NCBI GenBank assembly: GCA_963775425.1 | Contig: CAVZJB010000001.1 | Span: 1 to 64,000, forward strand | Source: an uncultured delta proteobacterium | Lineage (GTDB): Bacteria; Myxococcota; UBA727; VGSZ01 | Direction of reading: 5' to 3' | DNA length: 64,000 nt | Shown here: piece by piece, positions 19,041-30,056 of the stretch | Position numbering within the stretch: position 1 is the stretch's first letter | Layout: each line of letters starts with the position of its first letter | Translations under genes and position numbers: made by a program | The notes under the pieces: generated by a model | What the model saw: the letters and a program-made list of their open reading frames with translations, nothing else | Told to the model about the DNA's origin: nothing | Database searches by the model: none

Positions 19041-21517
19041 TCGCCTTCGCCCTGCTGCTCCTCGCCCAGAGCCCCGCGCCTGACGCTCCCCCGCCTGCGC
19101 CGCCCGCGACCGCCCCGGCGACGGCGGACGGCGACGCGGCGACGGACAGCGGCCCGGCGACGGCGACGACGACGACGGAGGGCGCGACGGCGGCGACGGG
19201 GCTCGCCGACGCCGACGGCTGGCACGTCGTGAGCGTCTCCGGGGAGCCGCACCTGCCCGACGGGAGGCCGACGCAGGGCGCGTGCGGCTGGGAGCAGGAC
19301 GTCATCGTCGAGCGCGCGGGCTCGGTGCACGCCGCCGGCGCCGACCTCAAGCGCGCGGTGTACGCCGTGCCCTGCGTGAAGGACGACGGCGGCGCGCTCG
19401 TCGCCGGCCCGCCCCGCGTTCGCTTGATGGCCGACACGAGCCCGAGGCCTTTGCGCGACTCCGACGTGCAACAGGCCATCGAGTCCCACGACAAGGCCGT
19501 GGCCGAGTGCCAGCGGCGCGACCCCGCCGGCCGCGGGCTGTTGAACCTGCATTGGTCGATCGACCCGACCGGGAGGCCCGTCGACATCGCGGTGCGCGCG
19601 GGCACGCTCAAGAGCGACGCCATCGCCAGGTGCGTCGTCGCCGAGATCCAGACGTGGGACTTCCCCAAGCACGCGGTCGCCGCCGGCGTCCCCGTCGACT
19701 ACGCCTTCGGCTTCGACGGCTCGTCGAGCCCGGTGAACGAAGAGCTCGGGCGTCCCCGCTGCAAGCCCGGGGAGAAGCCGAAGGACGCCGCGCAGCTCAA
19801 GGAGGGCGAGGTCGCGTGCGTCGAGCTCGTGCCGCGGCCGTGCGCGCAGGGGGAAGAGCCGCTCCCCGCGGACCAGATGCCGGCGGGCGAGCTGCCGTGC
19901 AAGGAGATGGCGAGCGACCGCGGGGTGCCGTTTTTGAAAGGCGAGCTCACTCACTTCGGCGACGTGCAGCTCACCAACCCCAAGAGCTCGGTGGGCGTGC
20001 GCCTCGGCGTCGCCGTCATCGACAACGTCTACTTCGCGCAGGCGGAGCCCAACCTGAACCTGCACTACGGCGACTTCTCGCTCGGCCTGGGGGCGCCGCT
20101 GCGCTTCGAGATCGCGGACCTCACGCAGCTCAACCTTGCCGACCCGTCGACGACGGGCACGGTGTTCGCGAACGCCGGCCGCTTCCGGACGGAGGACTGG
20201 GATCAGATCGAGGACTTCCTGCGGCCGCTGCGCTTCATCACCTACGGCAAGAAGGAGGACCGGCTCTTCGTCGACGTCAACCGTGTCCACGCCGTCACCA
20301 TCGGCCACGGGCAGTTGGTGCGCCGGTATCAACCGAACATCGACATCGACGAGGACAAGCTCATCGCGGAGGTGGACGGCTACACCGACGTCGGCGGCGT
20401 GGAGCTCATGGCGGGGCCGTTCCCGGTGCCGCGCGTCGTCGGCGGCCTGGTGTTCGTGAAGCCGCTCGGGGCGTTCGTCGGCGACGACGACACGCTGCAG
20501 AAGAGCTGGTCCATCGGCGCCACCTACGTCACCGACCTGAACGCGCCCACCGCGCTGGAGAAGCGGTTGAGCCCCGCCGACGGCCGCGTGCAGCTCGCGG
20601 TGGACCCGTCGAACCAGCTCGTGTGGCGCGGGCGCGAAAACCCCGTCGGCGACATGGTGCAGGGCGCGGGCCTCGACACCGAGCTCAAGGTGTTCAAGAA
20701 CGAATTCCTCGACGTCAAGACGTACGTCGACTACTCGCAGCTCTTCTTCCCTGCCGACAGCTCGGCGGCCCAGGCGTTCCCGGCGTTCTCGGGCGGCGGC
20801 GCCACGGTGGGGACGCTGTTGCGCATGAGCTTCGGCAGGACCCCCGTGCGGCCCATCGAGGACGAGAGCGACGAAGTGCGCGCCGGGCGCAAGCCTCGGG
20901 AGATGAAGGCGGCGCACGCGCTGCGCGTGCGCGTCGAGGGGCGCGCGTTCGATGCGCAGTATCTCCCGAGCTACTTCAACACGATGTACGAGATCGACCG
21001 GCTTCAATACGGCTTCGCCGAGGGCAACGCGCGCGGCGAGCTGCCGACCAAGATCGCGTTCCTCGCCGCGCAGAAGGGGCAACCGCTGCGCCTCGGCTAC
21101 TACGTCGAGGCCAGCTACGACTGGGTCGACGTCGTCGGCATCACCGCGGTGTACGAAGACGCATACGCCGCGGGGCAGGCGACGCTGCCGGTGACCGCGC
21201 GGAACTTCGCGCTGCACGCGGAGACCACGGGGCTCGGCTTCCTGCAGTTGTTCGCCACGTACCACTACCGGAACTTCGACGACTTCAAGGGGCTGTTTTC
21301 GTTCTCCACGGACAACGAGATCCTCTACATGGGCGGGCGCATCGAGCTGCTCCCGTTCCTGTTCATCAACGCCGCGGCGGAGCGCTCCTTCCGCGTCGGC
21401 TTCGACAACGACGACCTCGCAAAACAAGTCGACGCCCACGGCAACCGCTTCTCGTCGATCGGCTTCGAAAACGTCTGGGCCTCGAGCGTCGACGTCGAGC
21501 TCGGCTGGCAGTTTTGA
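19037..21517 (+). CDS. AgmX/PglI-C (TonB-C-like) domain fused to a putative outer-membrane beta-barrel
   Basis: VAECQRR...LHWSIDPTGRP...IARCVVAEIQTWDFP...VDYAFGF; beta-rich C-terminal half ending VELGWQF. Confidence 0.7.
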   Translation: MIAFALLLLAQSPAPDAPPPAPPATAPATADGDAATDSGPATATTTTEGATAATGLADADGWHVVSVSGEPHLPDGRPTQGACGWEQDVIVERAGSVHAAGADLKRAVYAVPCVKDDGGALVAGPPRVRLMADTSPRPLRDSDVQQAIESHDKAVAECQRRDPAGRGLLNLHWSIDPTGRPVDIAVRAGTLKSDAIARCVVAEIQTWDFPKHAVAAGVPVDYAFGFDGSSSPVNEELGRPRCKPGEKPKDAAQLKEGEVACVELVPRPCAQGEEPLPADQMPAGELPCKEMASDRGVPFLKGELTHFGDVQLTNPKSSVGVRLGVAVIDNVYFAQAEPNLNLHYGDFSLGLGAPLRFEIADLTQLNLADPSTTGTVFANAGRFRTEDWDQIEDFLRPLRFITYGKKEDRLFVDVNRVHAVTIGHGQLVRRYQPNIDIDEDKLIAEVDGYTDVGGVELMAGPFPVPRVVGGLVFVKPLGAFVGDDDTLQKSWSIGATYVTDLNAPTALEKRLSPADGRVQLAVDPSNQLVWRGRENPVGDMVQGAGLDTELKVFKNEFLDVKTYVDYSQLFFPADSSAAQAFPAFSGGGATVGTLLRMSFGRTPVRPIEDESDEVRAGRKPREMKAAHALRVRVEGRAFDAQYLPSYFNTMYEIDRLQYGFAEGNARGELPTKIAFLAAQKGQPLRLGYYVEASYDWVDVVGITAVYEDAYAAGQATLPVTARNFALHAETTGLGFLQLFATYHYRNFDDFKGLFSFSTDNEILYMGGRIELLPFLFINAAAERSFRVGFDNDDLAKQVDAHGNRFSSIGFENVWASSVDVELGWQF

Positions 21518-21582
21518 GCCTCATCCCTGACACGTCCGCGCGGCGCGTTGCTCCCGCGCCGGCCTTGGGATAGCGACGGCGC

Positions 21583-22212
21583 ATGGCCAAGCCCCTCCTC
21601 GTCGTCGGCACCAAGTACAAGTCGTCGTGGTCGCTGCGGCCCTGGCTCGCGATGAAGGTCGCCGGCGTGGACTTCGAGGAGAAGGTGTTGCTGCTCGACA
21701 CCCCCGGCTTCCGGGCGGCGGCCAAGCTCTACTCGCCCACCGGCAGGGTGCCCGTGCTCGTCCACGACGACGTCACCGTCTGGGAGTCGCTCGCCATCTG
21801 CGAATACGCGGCCGAGACGTGGGCGCCGTCGCTGTGGCCCAAGGACAAGAAGGCGCGGGCGATGGCGCGCTCGGTGTCGGCGGAGATGCACAGCGGGTTC
21901 GCGGCGCTGCGGAAGATCTGCGCCATGGACCTCAAGCACGATCACAAGGGCGAGACCGTCACCCCCGAGGCCGGCGCCGACGTCCACCGCGTCGGAAAGC
22001 TCTGGCGCTCCTGCCGCGAGCAGTTCGGCAAGGGCGGCCCCTTCCTCTTCGGCGCGTTCACCATCGCCGACGCCATGTTCGCCCCCGTCGTCACCCGCTT
22101 CGTCACCTACGGCATCCCCGCCGACGACGTCGGCAGCGCGTACATGGACGCCATCCAGGCGTTGCCCGCGTTCCAGGAGTGGCAGGCGGCCGCGCGGGCC
22201 GAGCCCGGCTGA
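21583..22212 (+). CDS. Glutathione S-transferase family protein
   Basis: SSWSLRPWL, SPTGRVPVL, WESLAICEY, FTIADAMFAPV. Confidence 0.92.
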   Translation: MAKPLLVVGTKYKSSWSLRPWLAMKVAGVDFEEKVLLLDTPGFRAAAKLYSPTGRVPVLVHDDVTVWESLAICEYAAETWAPSLWPKDKKARAMARSVSAEMHSGFAALRKICAMDLKHDHKGETVTPEAGADVHRVGKLWRSCREQFGKGGPFLFGAFTIADAMFAPVVTRFVTYGIPADDVGSAYMDAIQALPAFQEWQAAARAEPG

Positions 22213-22234
22213 CGGCGGCGCCCGACCGGCGGCG

Positions 22235-23439
<1,205 letters not shown>

Positions 23440-23443
<4 letters not shown>

Positions 23444-24150
23444 GACGCCACCGCGGCGTGGCGGGTGTCGGAGACCACGCGCCCGTCCCGCAGTTGCACC
23501 GTGCGGTCGCAGCGCGCGGCGACCTCGGGCTCGTGGGTGACGACGATGACGGTGCGGCCCTGCTCACGGTTGAGCTTCACGAGCAGCCCGAGGATCTCCT
23601 CGCTGGTCTTGCTGTCGAGGTTGCCGGTGGGCTCGTCGGCGAGGACGATGTCGGCGTCGTTGATGAGGGCGCGCGCGATGGCCACGCGTTGGCGTTGGCC
23701 GCCCGACAGCTCGCTCGGCTTGTGGTGCACGCGCTCGCCGAGGCCGACCTGCTCGAGCGCCGCGCGCGCGCGCTCCTTGCGCGCGGCGGCGTCGACGCCG
23801 TCGCCGCGGCGATACACGAGCGGCAGCAGCACGTTGTCGAGCGCGCTCTGCCGCGGCAGCAGGTGGAAGCTCTGGAAGACGAAGCCGATGTGGCGGTTCC
23901 TCACCTCGGCGAGCTCGTCGTCGTCGAGCTCGTCGACGGGGATGCCCGCGAGCTTGTAGGTGCCTTCGCTCGGCGTATCGAGGCACCCGAGCAGGTTCAT
24001 GAGCGTGCTCTTCCCCGAGCCCGACTGGCCGACCACGGCGCACAGCTCGCCGCGCTCGATCTCGAGATCGATGCCGTCGAGCGCGCGCACGACCTCGGTG
24101 CCCATCACGTACTGCTTGGCGAGCTTGTGCACCTCGACGAGGGCGGTCAC
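23440..24150 (-). CDS. ABC transporter ATP-binding protein (MacB/LolD type)
   Basis: GQSGSGKST, LSGGQRQRV, LADEPTGNLD, VTHE. Confidence 0.95.
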
Positions 24151-25430
24151 GATTTCTTCCCGGCGCCGTCTTTGTCGCCGGCGTGCTTGTCCTTGTCGTC
24201 GTCCTTCTTCTTCTCCACGCTCACGCGGTCGCCGTCGGACAGCGACTTGAGCGCGCGGAAGGGGCCCTCGACCACCTTGTCGCCCTCTTTGACGCCGTCG
24301 ACGACGGCGATGGCGTCACCCTCGGCGGGGCCGAGCTTGACCGTCTGCTCTTTGACGTGGCCGCCGGCGGCGTCGCCGTCGAACACGAAGATCCGGTCGG
24401 GCTTTTCGGCGCCGTCGCCCTCGAGGACCGCGGCCACGGGGACGGCGAGCGCGTCCTTGAGCGTCTGCACCTCGATGTCCGCCTGCGCGCTCATGCCGGG
24501 CTTGAGCTCGCTGGCCTTGTCGTCGTGGATGCCGACCTCCACGGTGAACAGCACGGCGCCGCCCTGGTCGCGCCCCATGAGGCCCACGCGCTCGACCTCG
24601 CCGTTGAAGGTCTCGTCCTTGATGCCCTGCGCACGCACCACCGCGTGCTGGCCCGCCTTGACCTCGCCGACGTCGAGCTCGTCGACGTCGAGCTTGACGA
24701 TGAGCTCGCTGAGGTCGGCGATGACGACGGGCGCGGTGGGCCCGTTCGACACGGAGCCGAGCCCGAGCGACGACGTGTCGCCCATGGAGAGGCCCTGCAC
24801 GGCGCTCACCACCTGTCCGACGTCGACGCCGACGGCGACGACGGTGCCCGCGATGGGCGCGGCCACGCGCGCGCGGCGGAGCGCGTCACGCGCGCGCTGC
24901 AAGTCGAGCCGGGTGCGCTCGATGGCGGCGTTGGATTGGTCGACGTCGGCGCGCGAGAGCGCGAGCCGCGACTCGTCGACCTTCAGCTGTTCGTCGGCGA
25001 CGACGCCCTTTTGCTTGAGCAGCTTGTCGCGCTCGAGCCCGCGCTGCGCCTCCTCGACCGCGAGCGTCGCGCGCTTCTGGGCGGCCTCGGCGCCGGCGAG
25101 CCCGACGCGCAATTGTTCGACGGCGTTTTTCAGTTGCTCGTCGTCGAGGGCGAACAACAGGTCGCCCTGTTTGACGACGTCACCGACCTTGGCCTCGACC
25201 TCACGGACGCGCCCGCCGATCTCGCTCGCCACCTCCACCTGCGTGCGCGCGCGCACCTTGCCCTGCGCGAGCACCTTCTGCGTGATGCTGCGGCGCTCGA
25301 CGGACGCGACGCGCACGGCCTCGCCGGCGTCGCCCCCGCTCTTCAACAGCGTTGCGGCGGCGATGCCTGCGGCGACGAGGAGGAGGGCGCCCCCGAGCCA
25401 CACGTTGCCGCGAGACGACGTGTCGCTCAC
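24147..25430 (-). CDS. Periplasmic adaptor subunit (MacA-like)
   Basis: N-terminal TM, GDVVKQGD, coiled-coil hairpin, APIAGTV, LKPGMSA. GTG start overlaps the upstream stop. Confidence 0.9.
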   Translation of the reverse strand: MSDTSSRGNVWLGGALLLVAAGIAAATLLKSGGDAGEAVRVASVERRSITQKVLAQGKVRARTQVEVASEIGGRVREVEAKVGDVVKQGDLLFALDDEQLKNAVEQLRVGLAGAEAAQKRATLAVEEAQRGLERDKLLKQKGVVADEQLKVDESRLALSRADVDQSNAAIERTRLDLQRARDALRRARVAAPIAGTVVAVGVDVGQVVSAVQGLSMGDTSSLGLGSVSNGPTAPVVIADLSELIVKLDVDELDVGEVKAGQHAVVRAQGIKDETFNGEVERVGLMGRDQGGAVLFTVEVGIHDDKASELKPGMSAQADIEVQTLKDALAVPVAAVLEGDGAEKPDRIFVFDGDAAGGHVKEQTVKLGPAEGDAIAVVDGVKEGDKVVEGPFRALKSLSDGDRVSVEKKKDDDKDKHAGDKDGAGKKS

Positions 25431-25999
25431 CGGACGTCGCTCTCTGTGAAGGTGCCGTCGGGGCTCTCCTGGTAGCGGTACCTGCAATTGTCGGCGGGCG
25501 GGTTGCCGCGCTCGTCGGCGCAACAGCCGATGGAGACGGCGTCGTCGGGGCCGGCGTCGAACAACAGGCACTTGCCCTTGGGGAAGGTCTCGCTCGCGGG
25601 GCAAGAGGAGAAGCTGTTGCCTTGCTGGATGCACGCGACGCTGAAGTCGCAGGCGCGGTCGGCGCAGAAGGGCGTGTCCGTCCCCGTGTAGGGCGCGGCG
25701 CAGTCCTGGGCGAGGAGAGCGCGGCAGCGCTCCTCGCAGGCGTGGGCGAGGTCGAGGTCGGCGTTCCAGCAACTGCCGTTTTCGCCGTACGCGGCCTTGA
25801 AGAGCTGGTGGTCCTTGAGGCCCTCGAAGGAGTCACCGGGCCCGGCGTCGATCTGCGACAGGTCGGTGGTCCTGGACGTGCCGAAGTAACACTCCAGCGC
25901 GACCTTGCAGGCCTCGGGCTGCTTGTGGTTTTCGACCTGGGCGCAGGTGACCGCGCCGACCGCGGCGGGGATCAAGAGGAGGACGGCCAGGCGGCGCAC
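25427..25999 (-). CDS. Cys-rich exported protein or lipoprotein (CW family, long type)
   Basis: Signal ...VGAVTC; CKVALEC...YGENGSCW-x9-C-x3-C plus an additional Cys-rich tail. Confidence 0.8.
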   Translation of the reverse strand: MRRLAVLLLIPAAVGAVTCAQVENHKQPEACKVALECYFGTSRTTDLSQIDAGPGDSFEGLKDHQLFKAAYGENGSCWNADLDLAHACEERCRALLAQDCAAPYTGTDTPFCADRACDFSVACIQQGNSFSSCPASETFPKGKCLLFDAGPDDAVSIGCCADERGNPPADNCRYRYQESPDGTFTESDVR

Positions 26000-26009
26000 G
26001 GGCGCGAGC

Positions 26010-26291
26010 CTACCCCGGCCCGGCGTCGGTTTCAGCTCCTTCGGAGGCGCACGCCGCGGGCGCGTCGTCCAGCGCCGCGAGGGCGTCGAGGGCGACGCGG
26101 CATTGCTCGCTGCACGCGTTGGCGTTTTGCAGCGTGGTCCAGCAGGCGCTGCCGTCCTCCCAGGGCGCGGTGTCCACCGACGGATCCACCGCCTTCTGGC
26201 AGGCGACGTAGCGCTTGCAGACCTCCGACGGCCCGCACGCCGCGACGGCGACGACGATGACGACGGCGGCGGCGCGCGGCGAAGGCCTCAC
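26010..26291 (-). CDS. Small Cys-rich lipoprotein (CW family, short type)
   Basis: Lipobox VAAC; CKRYVAC...WEDGSACW-x8-C-x3-C. Paralog of 10152-10433. Confidence 0.8.
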   Translation of the reverse strand: MRPSPRAAAVVIVVAVAACGPSEVCKRYVACQKAVDPSVDTAPWEDGSACWTTLQNANACSEQCRVALDALAALDDAPAACASEGAETDAGPG

Positions 26292-26565
26292 GGGCGCCCC
26301 TTCAGGGCCCCCGAATGAACAACTCGATCGCCCTCGCGGCCGATCCGTCGGTCACGTGGCGACGGCCACGCTCCCTCCTCGCGCCTCGCCATCGGCGCGC
26401 CTCGACCGCGATCATCGACCGACCTGTTCATGCGAGGGCCCTTAGCACCCCGCGCCGTGCGCGGCATCGCGGGGCGGGGCCCCTCGCGTCGACGGATGCG
26501 CGCCGAGGCCCGTGCACGCCTGCTCCGCGCGGCGCCGGTGTAGTGTGCCGCGTGGGTTCGTCCCC

Positions 26566-27759
26566 GTGATCGCGCTCGCGGCTTTGCTCCTCGCCCTCGA
26601 CGCGCCGCCCCCGGCTGCGGCACCGCCCGTCGCGCGCCCGGCGGCCGAGGCGCCGCCGGCGCTCGATCCGTCACGCATCCTCGTCGTGCCGCGCAAGGGG
26701 ACGGACGTCGAGCGCGCCTACGCAGGCCTGCGGGCGGCGGGCCTGCTCCCCGTCGAGCTCGAAGAGCGCGCGGGCGTCGACCGGCCCGCGCCGGCGCCCC
26801 CGCGGCCGGGGACGCGCGACGCCGCGCGCGCCCACGTCGAGGAGGCCAAGGCGCGCTTTCGCGAGCTCGACCTCGACGCGACGCGCGCCGCCGCCGACGA
26901 AGCCGTCGACGAGGTCCTGCGCCTCGAGCACCCGGAGGACGCCCGCGACGTCCTCATCGACGCGCTCCTGCTCAAAGCCGACGTCGCCCTGCAGGCGGGC
27001 GTCGACGAGGACGCGCGCGCGTCGCTCGCGCTCGTCTCCCGCCTCGACCCCGGCCGCGCCGCGCTCCACCCGGGCCTGTACCCGCCGAGCCTGTGCGACG
27101 CCTACGCCGCCGCGCGCGCCGCCGAGGAGGCCGAGCCCGCCGCCAGCCTCGTGGTGCGCCCGCGCGCCGCGGGCTTTTCGCGCGTGGACGTCCTCGTCGA
27201 CGGCCGCCCCTTCGGCTCGTCCCCCGTGCGCGCCGGCCCCCACGTCGTCACCGCGCGCGCGCGGGACGCGGTGCCGTTTTCCCGCGTCGTCGTCCTCGAC
27301 CCCGCCGAGCCCACGGTGCTCGCGCCGTTCCTCGCCCCGGCCGGCGCCGCCTCCCGCCGCGCGGCGCTGGTCGCGCGCGCACGCAAGGCCGCCACGAGCG
27401 TCGACGAGGCCCATGCCCTCGCCCGCCTCGCCGACCTGTGCGCCGCCCGCGCGGTGCTCTTCCTCGACGGGCCGCGGGCGATGCTGTGGTCGGCCCGCGG
27501 CCTCCAGGAGCTGTCCGTGTCGTCGAAGGCGGGCGGCGCCGCCCTCGGGCGCGCCACGCTGCTCGCGCTGCAGGCGCCGGCCCGCAAGGACGACGCCCCC
27601 AAAGACGAAGGCCCCGACCTCGCCACCCTCGCCGTCGCCGGATCCGTCGGCGCCGTCGTCGTCGCGGGCATCGTCGGCGTGGGCCTGTGGGCGTTGCTGC
27701 CGGCGTCGTCGCAGCCGGACCCGCCGCGGATCGTGCACGTGAAGTGTTGCGGGGACTGA
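26566..27759 (+). CDS. Exported protein with PEGA-like domain and C-terminal TM
   Basis: Signal-like start; helical region with LYPPSL; VLVDGRP...AGPHVVTAR; C-terminal hydrophobic helix. Confidence 0.6.
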   Translation: MIALAALLLALDAPPPAAAPPVARPAAEAPPALDPSRILVVPRKGTDVERAYAGLRAAGLLPVELEERAGVDRPAPAPPRPGTRDAARAHVEEAKARFRELDLDATRAAADEAVDEVLRLEHPEDARDVLIDALLLKADVALQAGVDEDARASLALVSRLDPGRAALHPGLYPPSLCDAYAAARAAEEAEPAASLVVRPRAAGFSRVDVLVDGRPFGSSPVRAGPHVVTARARDAVPFSRVVVLDPAEPTVLAPFLAPAGAASRRAALVARARKAATSVDEAHALARLADLCAARAVLFLDGPRAMLWSARGLQELSVSSKAGGAALGRATLLALQAPARKDDAPKDEGPDLATLAVAGSVGAVVVAGIVGVGLWALLPASSQPDPPRIVHVKCCGD

Positions 27760-27781
27760 CGGCGTGCGCGAACGTTGGAGG

Positions 27782-28663
27782 ATGGCGCCGGGCTCGTCGA
27801 CAGCGTGGATGGGGGCCCTCCTGCCCCTGCTCGCGTCGTGCACGCCGCCGGGCACGGGGGATCGCGGGCCGGTGACGCTGTCGGTGCAGATCGCCACGCG
27901 CCAGAGCTGCGGCGCGCTGTCCGGCCTCGACTACGACACCTCCTGCGCCGCCGCCCTCGATGTCGTCGTGCGCGACGCCGCCACGCTGTTGCCCGTCCCC
28001 GGCAAGGAGGTGTGCCGGCCCGTGAGCAACAAGAACACGCTCGGGGACATCCTCGGCGAGCCCATCATCGACATCACCGGGCTGTCCACCAACACGAGCG
28101 TCATCTTCGAGGTGCGCGGCCTGCACAACAGCCTCGCAGAGCCCGAGCAGGACCCCTGCCACGACGCGTTCAAGAAGGAGCGCTGGCTGTTCTGGGGGGA
28201 GTCCGGCGTCGTCGACCTGCGCACGTTCGATGCTCCCGACGGCGGCGCGGGGCCGAGCCCCATCGTCCGCGTCGTCGTCGATTGCCGCGACTGCTCCTTC
28301 GCCTGCGGCGAGGACAACGCCGACACCTGCTTCGGCTGCGGCGGCTTCGGCGCGCAATGCCCGGCGGAATTCCCCGTGTCGTTCTGCGTCCCCGCCGTCA
28401 CCTGCGGCAAGTCGTGCAGCGACAAGAGCCAGTGCTTCGGTGGCGCGCGCGAGTGCGTGAACGGCTTTTGCGATACGAGCACCATCACCGGCCAGCTCTG
28501 CTCACCGTGCGGCGGCGCCGCGCAGATCGGCTGCGGCGAGGGCCTCACCTGCGTGAAGAAGAGCGGGGGCGAGGGCTTCTGCGCGTTCCCCTGCCCGGCC
28601 GACAACTGCGTCTCGGGCACCAAGTGCAACCGGCTCCACAACAACCTCGAGCGCGCGGACTGA
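27782..28663 (+). CDS. Cys-rich lipoprotein
   Basis: Lipobox LASC; many Cys in the C-terminal half. Start uncertain. Confidence 0.7.
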   Translation: MAPGSSTAWMGALLPLLASCTPPGTGDRGPVTLSVQIATRQSCGALSGLDYDTSCAAALDVVVRDAATLLPVPGKEVCRPVSNKNTLGDILGEPIIDITGLSTNTSVIFEVRGLHNSLAEPEQDPCHDAFKKERWLFWGESGVVDLRTFDAPDGGAGPSPIVRVVVDCRDCSFACGEDNADTCFGCGGFGAQCPAEFPVSFCVPAVTCGKSCSDKSQCFGGARECVNGFCDTSTITGQLCSPCGGAAQIGCGEGLTCVKKSGGEGFCAFPCPADNCVSGTKCNRLHNNLERAD

Positions 28664-28742
28664 AAGGCTGACGAAAGACGACGCTCGTAGCAGCACTCGG
28701 CGAAGCCGCCCACAAGGTGGCTCGCCGCGCGGAGTACGTGGC
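28661..28742 (+). repeat. Stop-codon-anchored structured repeat, module A, copy 2
   Basis: TGA-AAGGCTGACGAAAGACGAC plus the identical 56-nt core. Confidence 0.92.
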
Positions 28743-28752
28743 CGGAGCGAAG

Positions 28753-28855
28753 AGGAGCGGAGAGCTCGGCGCCCCGGCGCTCAACTCGGCGCGCGTCTTC
28801 GTCGCCGAGCTCGGAGCTCCTTTCCGCTCCGCCGTGTGGCCGTAGCACCGTCCCC
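28753..28855 (+). repeat. Palindromic intergenic repeat, module B, copy 2
   Basis: Near-identical to the reverse complement of 5445-5545. Confidence 0.9.
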
Positions 28856-28922
28856 AACGGTGCGGCTCCTCTCGGCGCCGGCCCTCGCGTCCGAGCCGGC
28901 AGTCCCGCGCGTGCGGCTGTTC

Positions 28923-30056
28923 CTAGGGCGCGAGCTTCTCCACTTCCACGCGCCAGCTCACGGCGGAGCCGAAGCGGAGGACGCGGAAGGCGGCGTAGCC
29001 GTCCTTGGCCACCCGGGCGGGGGCCTGCACCGCGGCCTCGTCGACGCGGCCGACGGAGAGGCCGTTCACCTCGACGACGATGTCGCCGTCGTGAAAGCCG
29101 CAGGAGCGCGCGATGGGGCCGGCGCTGACGATGATGACGCCGGCGCCGTCGAGCGACGGGCCCACGACCGAGTCCGCGGCGAGGGCGTCGGCGCCGCGGT
29201 GCTCGAGGGTGTGAGCCACCGCGCGGGTGACGGTGAAGCGCGCGTCGTCGCCGGTGGCGTCGCACTTGACGCGGACGGCGCGCGCGACGCGGGGGATGTG
29301 CTCGAAGTCGGCGGCGGCCTCGCGCAGCGCCGTCTGGTCCCGCGCGGCGGCGTCGAGCTCCTTGCCCGTGTCCTCGACGGCCTTGCCGGCGGCGGGGCGC
29401 CCGGTGCGCACGCGCTCGCCGTCGAGGGCGCGCACCATCAGCGCCGGCTGCGCAGAGCGCTCGAGCGCCGCGGCCATCCGTTGCAGGCGGCCCGCGTCGA
29501 CGAGGCGCTGCTCGGCGAGGAACCATGCGACGGCTCGCGCGCGCGCGCCGATGTGCACCGCCAGCGCCGCCGACGACAGCGAGGGCTTGCCGCAGGCGGC
29601 GACGAGCCCGGCGAGGTCGGCGGCGCGGCCGACGCCGGCGGCGGCGCGCGCGGGCTTCTTGTCGGCGGCGTCGGCGAGGGCGACGACGAGGGCGCCGTCG
29701 GCGAGCGCCTCGACGCCGGCGCCGTCGAGCGCCTTGGGCAGCGTACAGGCCGGCGCGACGCCGGCAGCGTCGAGGGCGTCGAGGGCGGGCCCGTAGGCGC
29801 GCGCGGCGTCGAGCGACTCGGCGACGTCCTCGTCGTCGAGTCCGAGCGCACCCCGGTGCATCGAGCGCACGCGCGCGAGCAGCGGCGAAGGGGCGACGGC
29901 GGCGGCGATGCGCGCGCCCTTGTCGACGAGGGGCCACGCGTCGACGCCCGGCGTCCGCGCGCTCGCCGCCGCCGCCGCGAGCGCCGCCGCCGCGAGCGCC
30001 GCCGCCGCGGGGGAGCCCACGAGCGCGGGGCGCACGGGCCTGCCGCGGGCCGTCAC
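28923..30056 (-). CDS. Exported protein with C-terminal PDZ-like (GspC-like) domain
   Basis: Ala-rich signal; GFHDGDIVVEVNGLSV. GTG overlaps the upstream stop. Confidence 0.55.
   Translation of the reverse strand: MTARGRPVRPALVGSPAAAALAAAALAAAAASARTPGVDAWPLVDKGARIAAAVAPSPLLARVRSMHRGALGLDDEDVAESLDAARAYGPALDALDAAGVAPACTLPKALDGAGVEALADGALVVALADAADKKPARAAAGVGRAADLAGLVAACGKPSLSSAALAVHIGARARAVAWFLAEQRLVDAGRLQRMAAALERSAQPALMVRALDGERVRTGRPAAGKAVEDTGKELDAAARDQTALREAAADFEHIPRVARAVRVKCDATGDDARFTVTRAVAHTLEHRGADALAADSVVGPSLDGAGVIIVSAGPIARSCGFHDGDIVVEVNGLSVGRVDEAAVQAPARVAKDGYAAFRVLRFGSAVSWRVEVEKLAP

Noticed and set aside
26292-26565. Short ORFs 26315-26569 and 26288-26674
   Set aside because: No RBS or recognisable composition; more likely the divergent promoter region.
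28661-28742. Module A as a SECIS or stop-readthrough signal, since it follows UGA
   Set aside because: The spacing after TGA differs by one nt in copy 2, so the downstream frame is not conserved (copy 2 hits TAG). DnaK and the ATPase already appear complete at the TGA.
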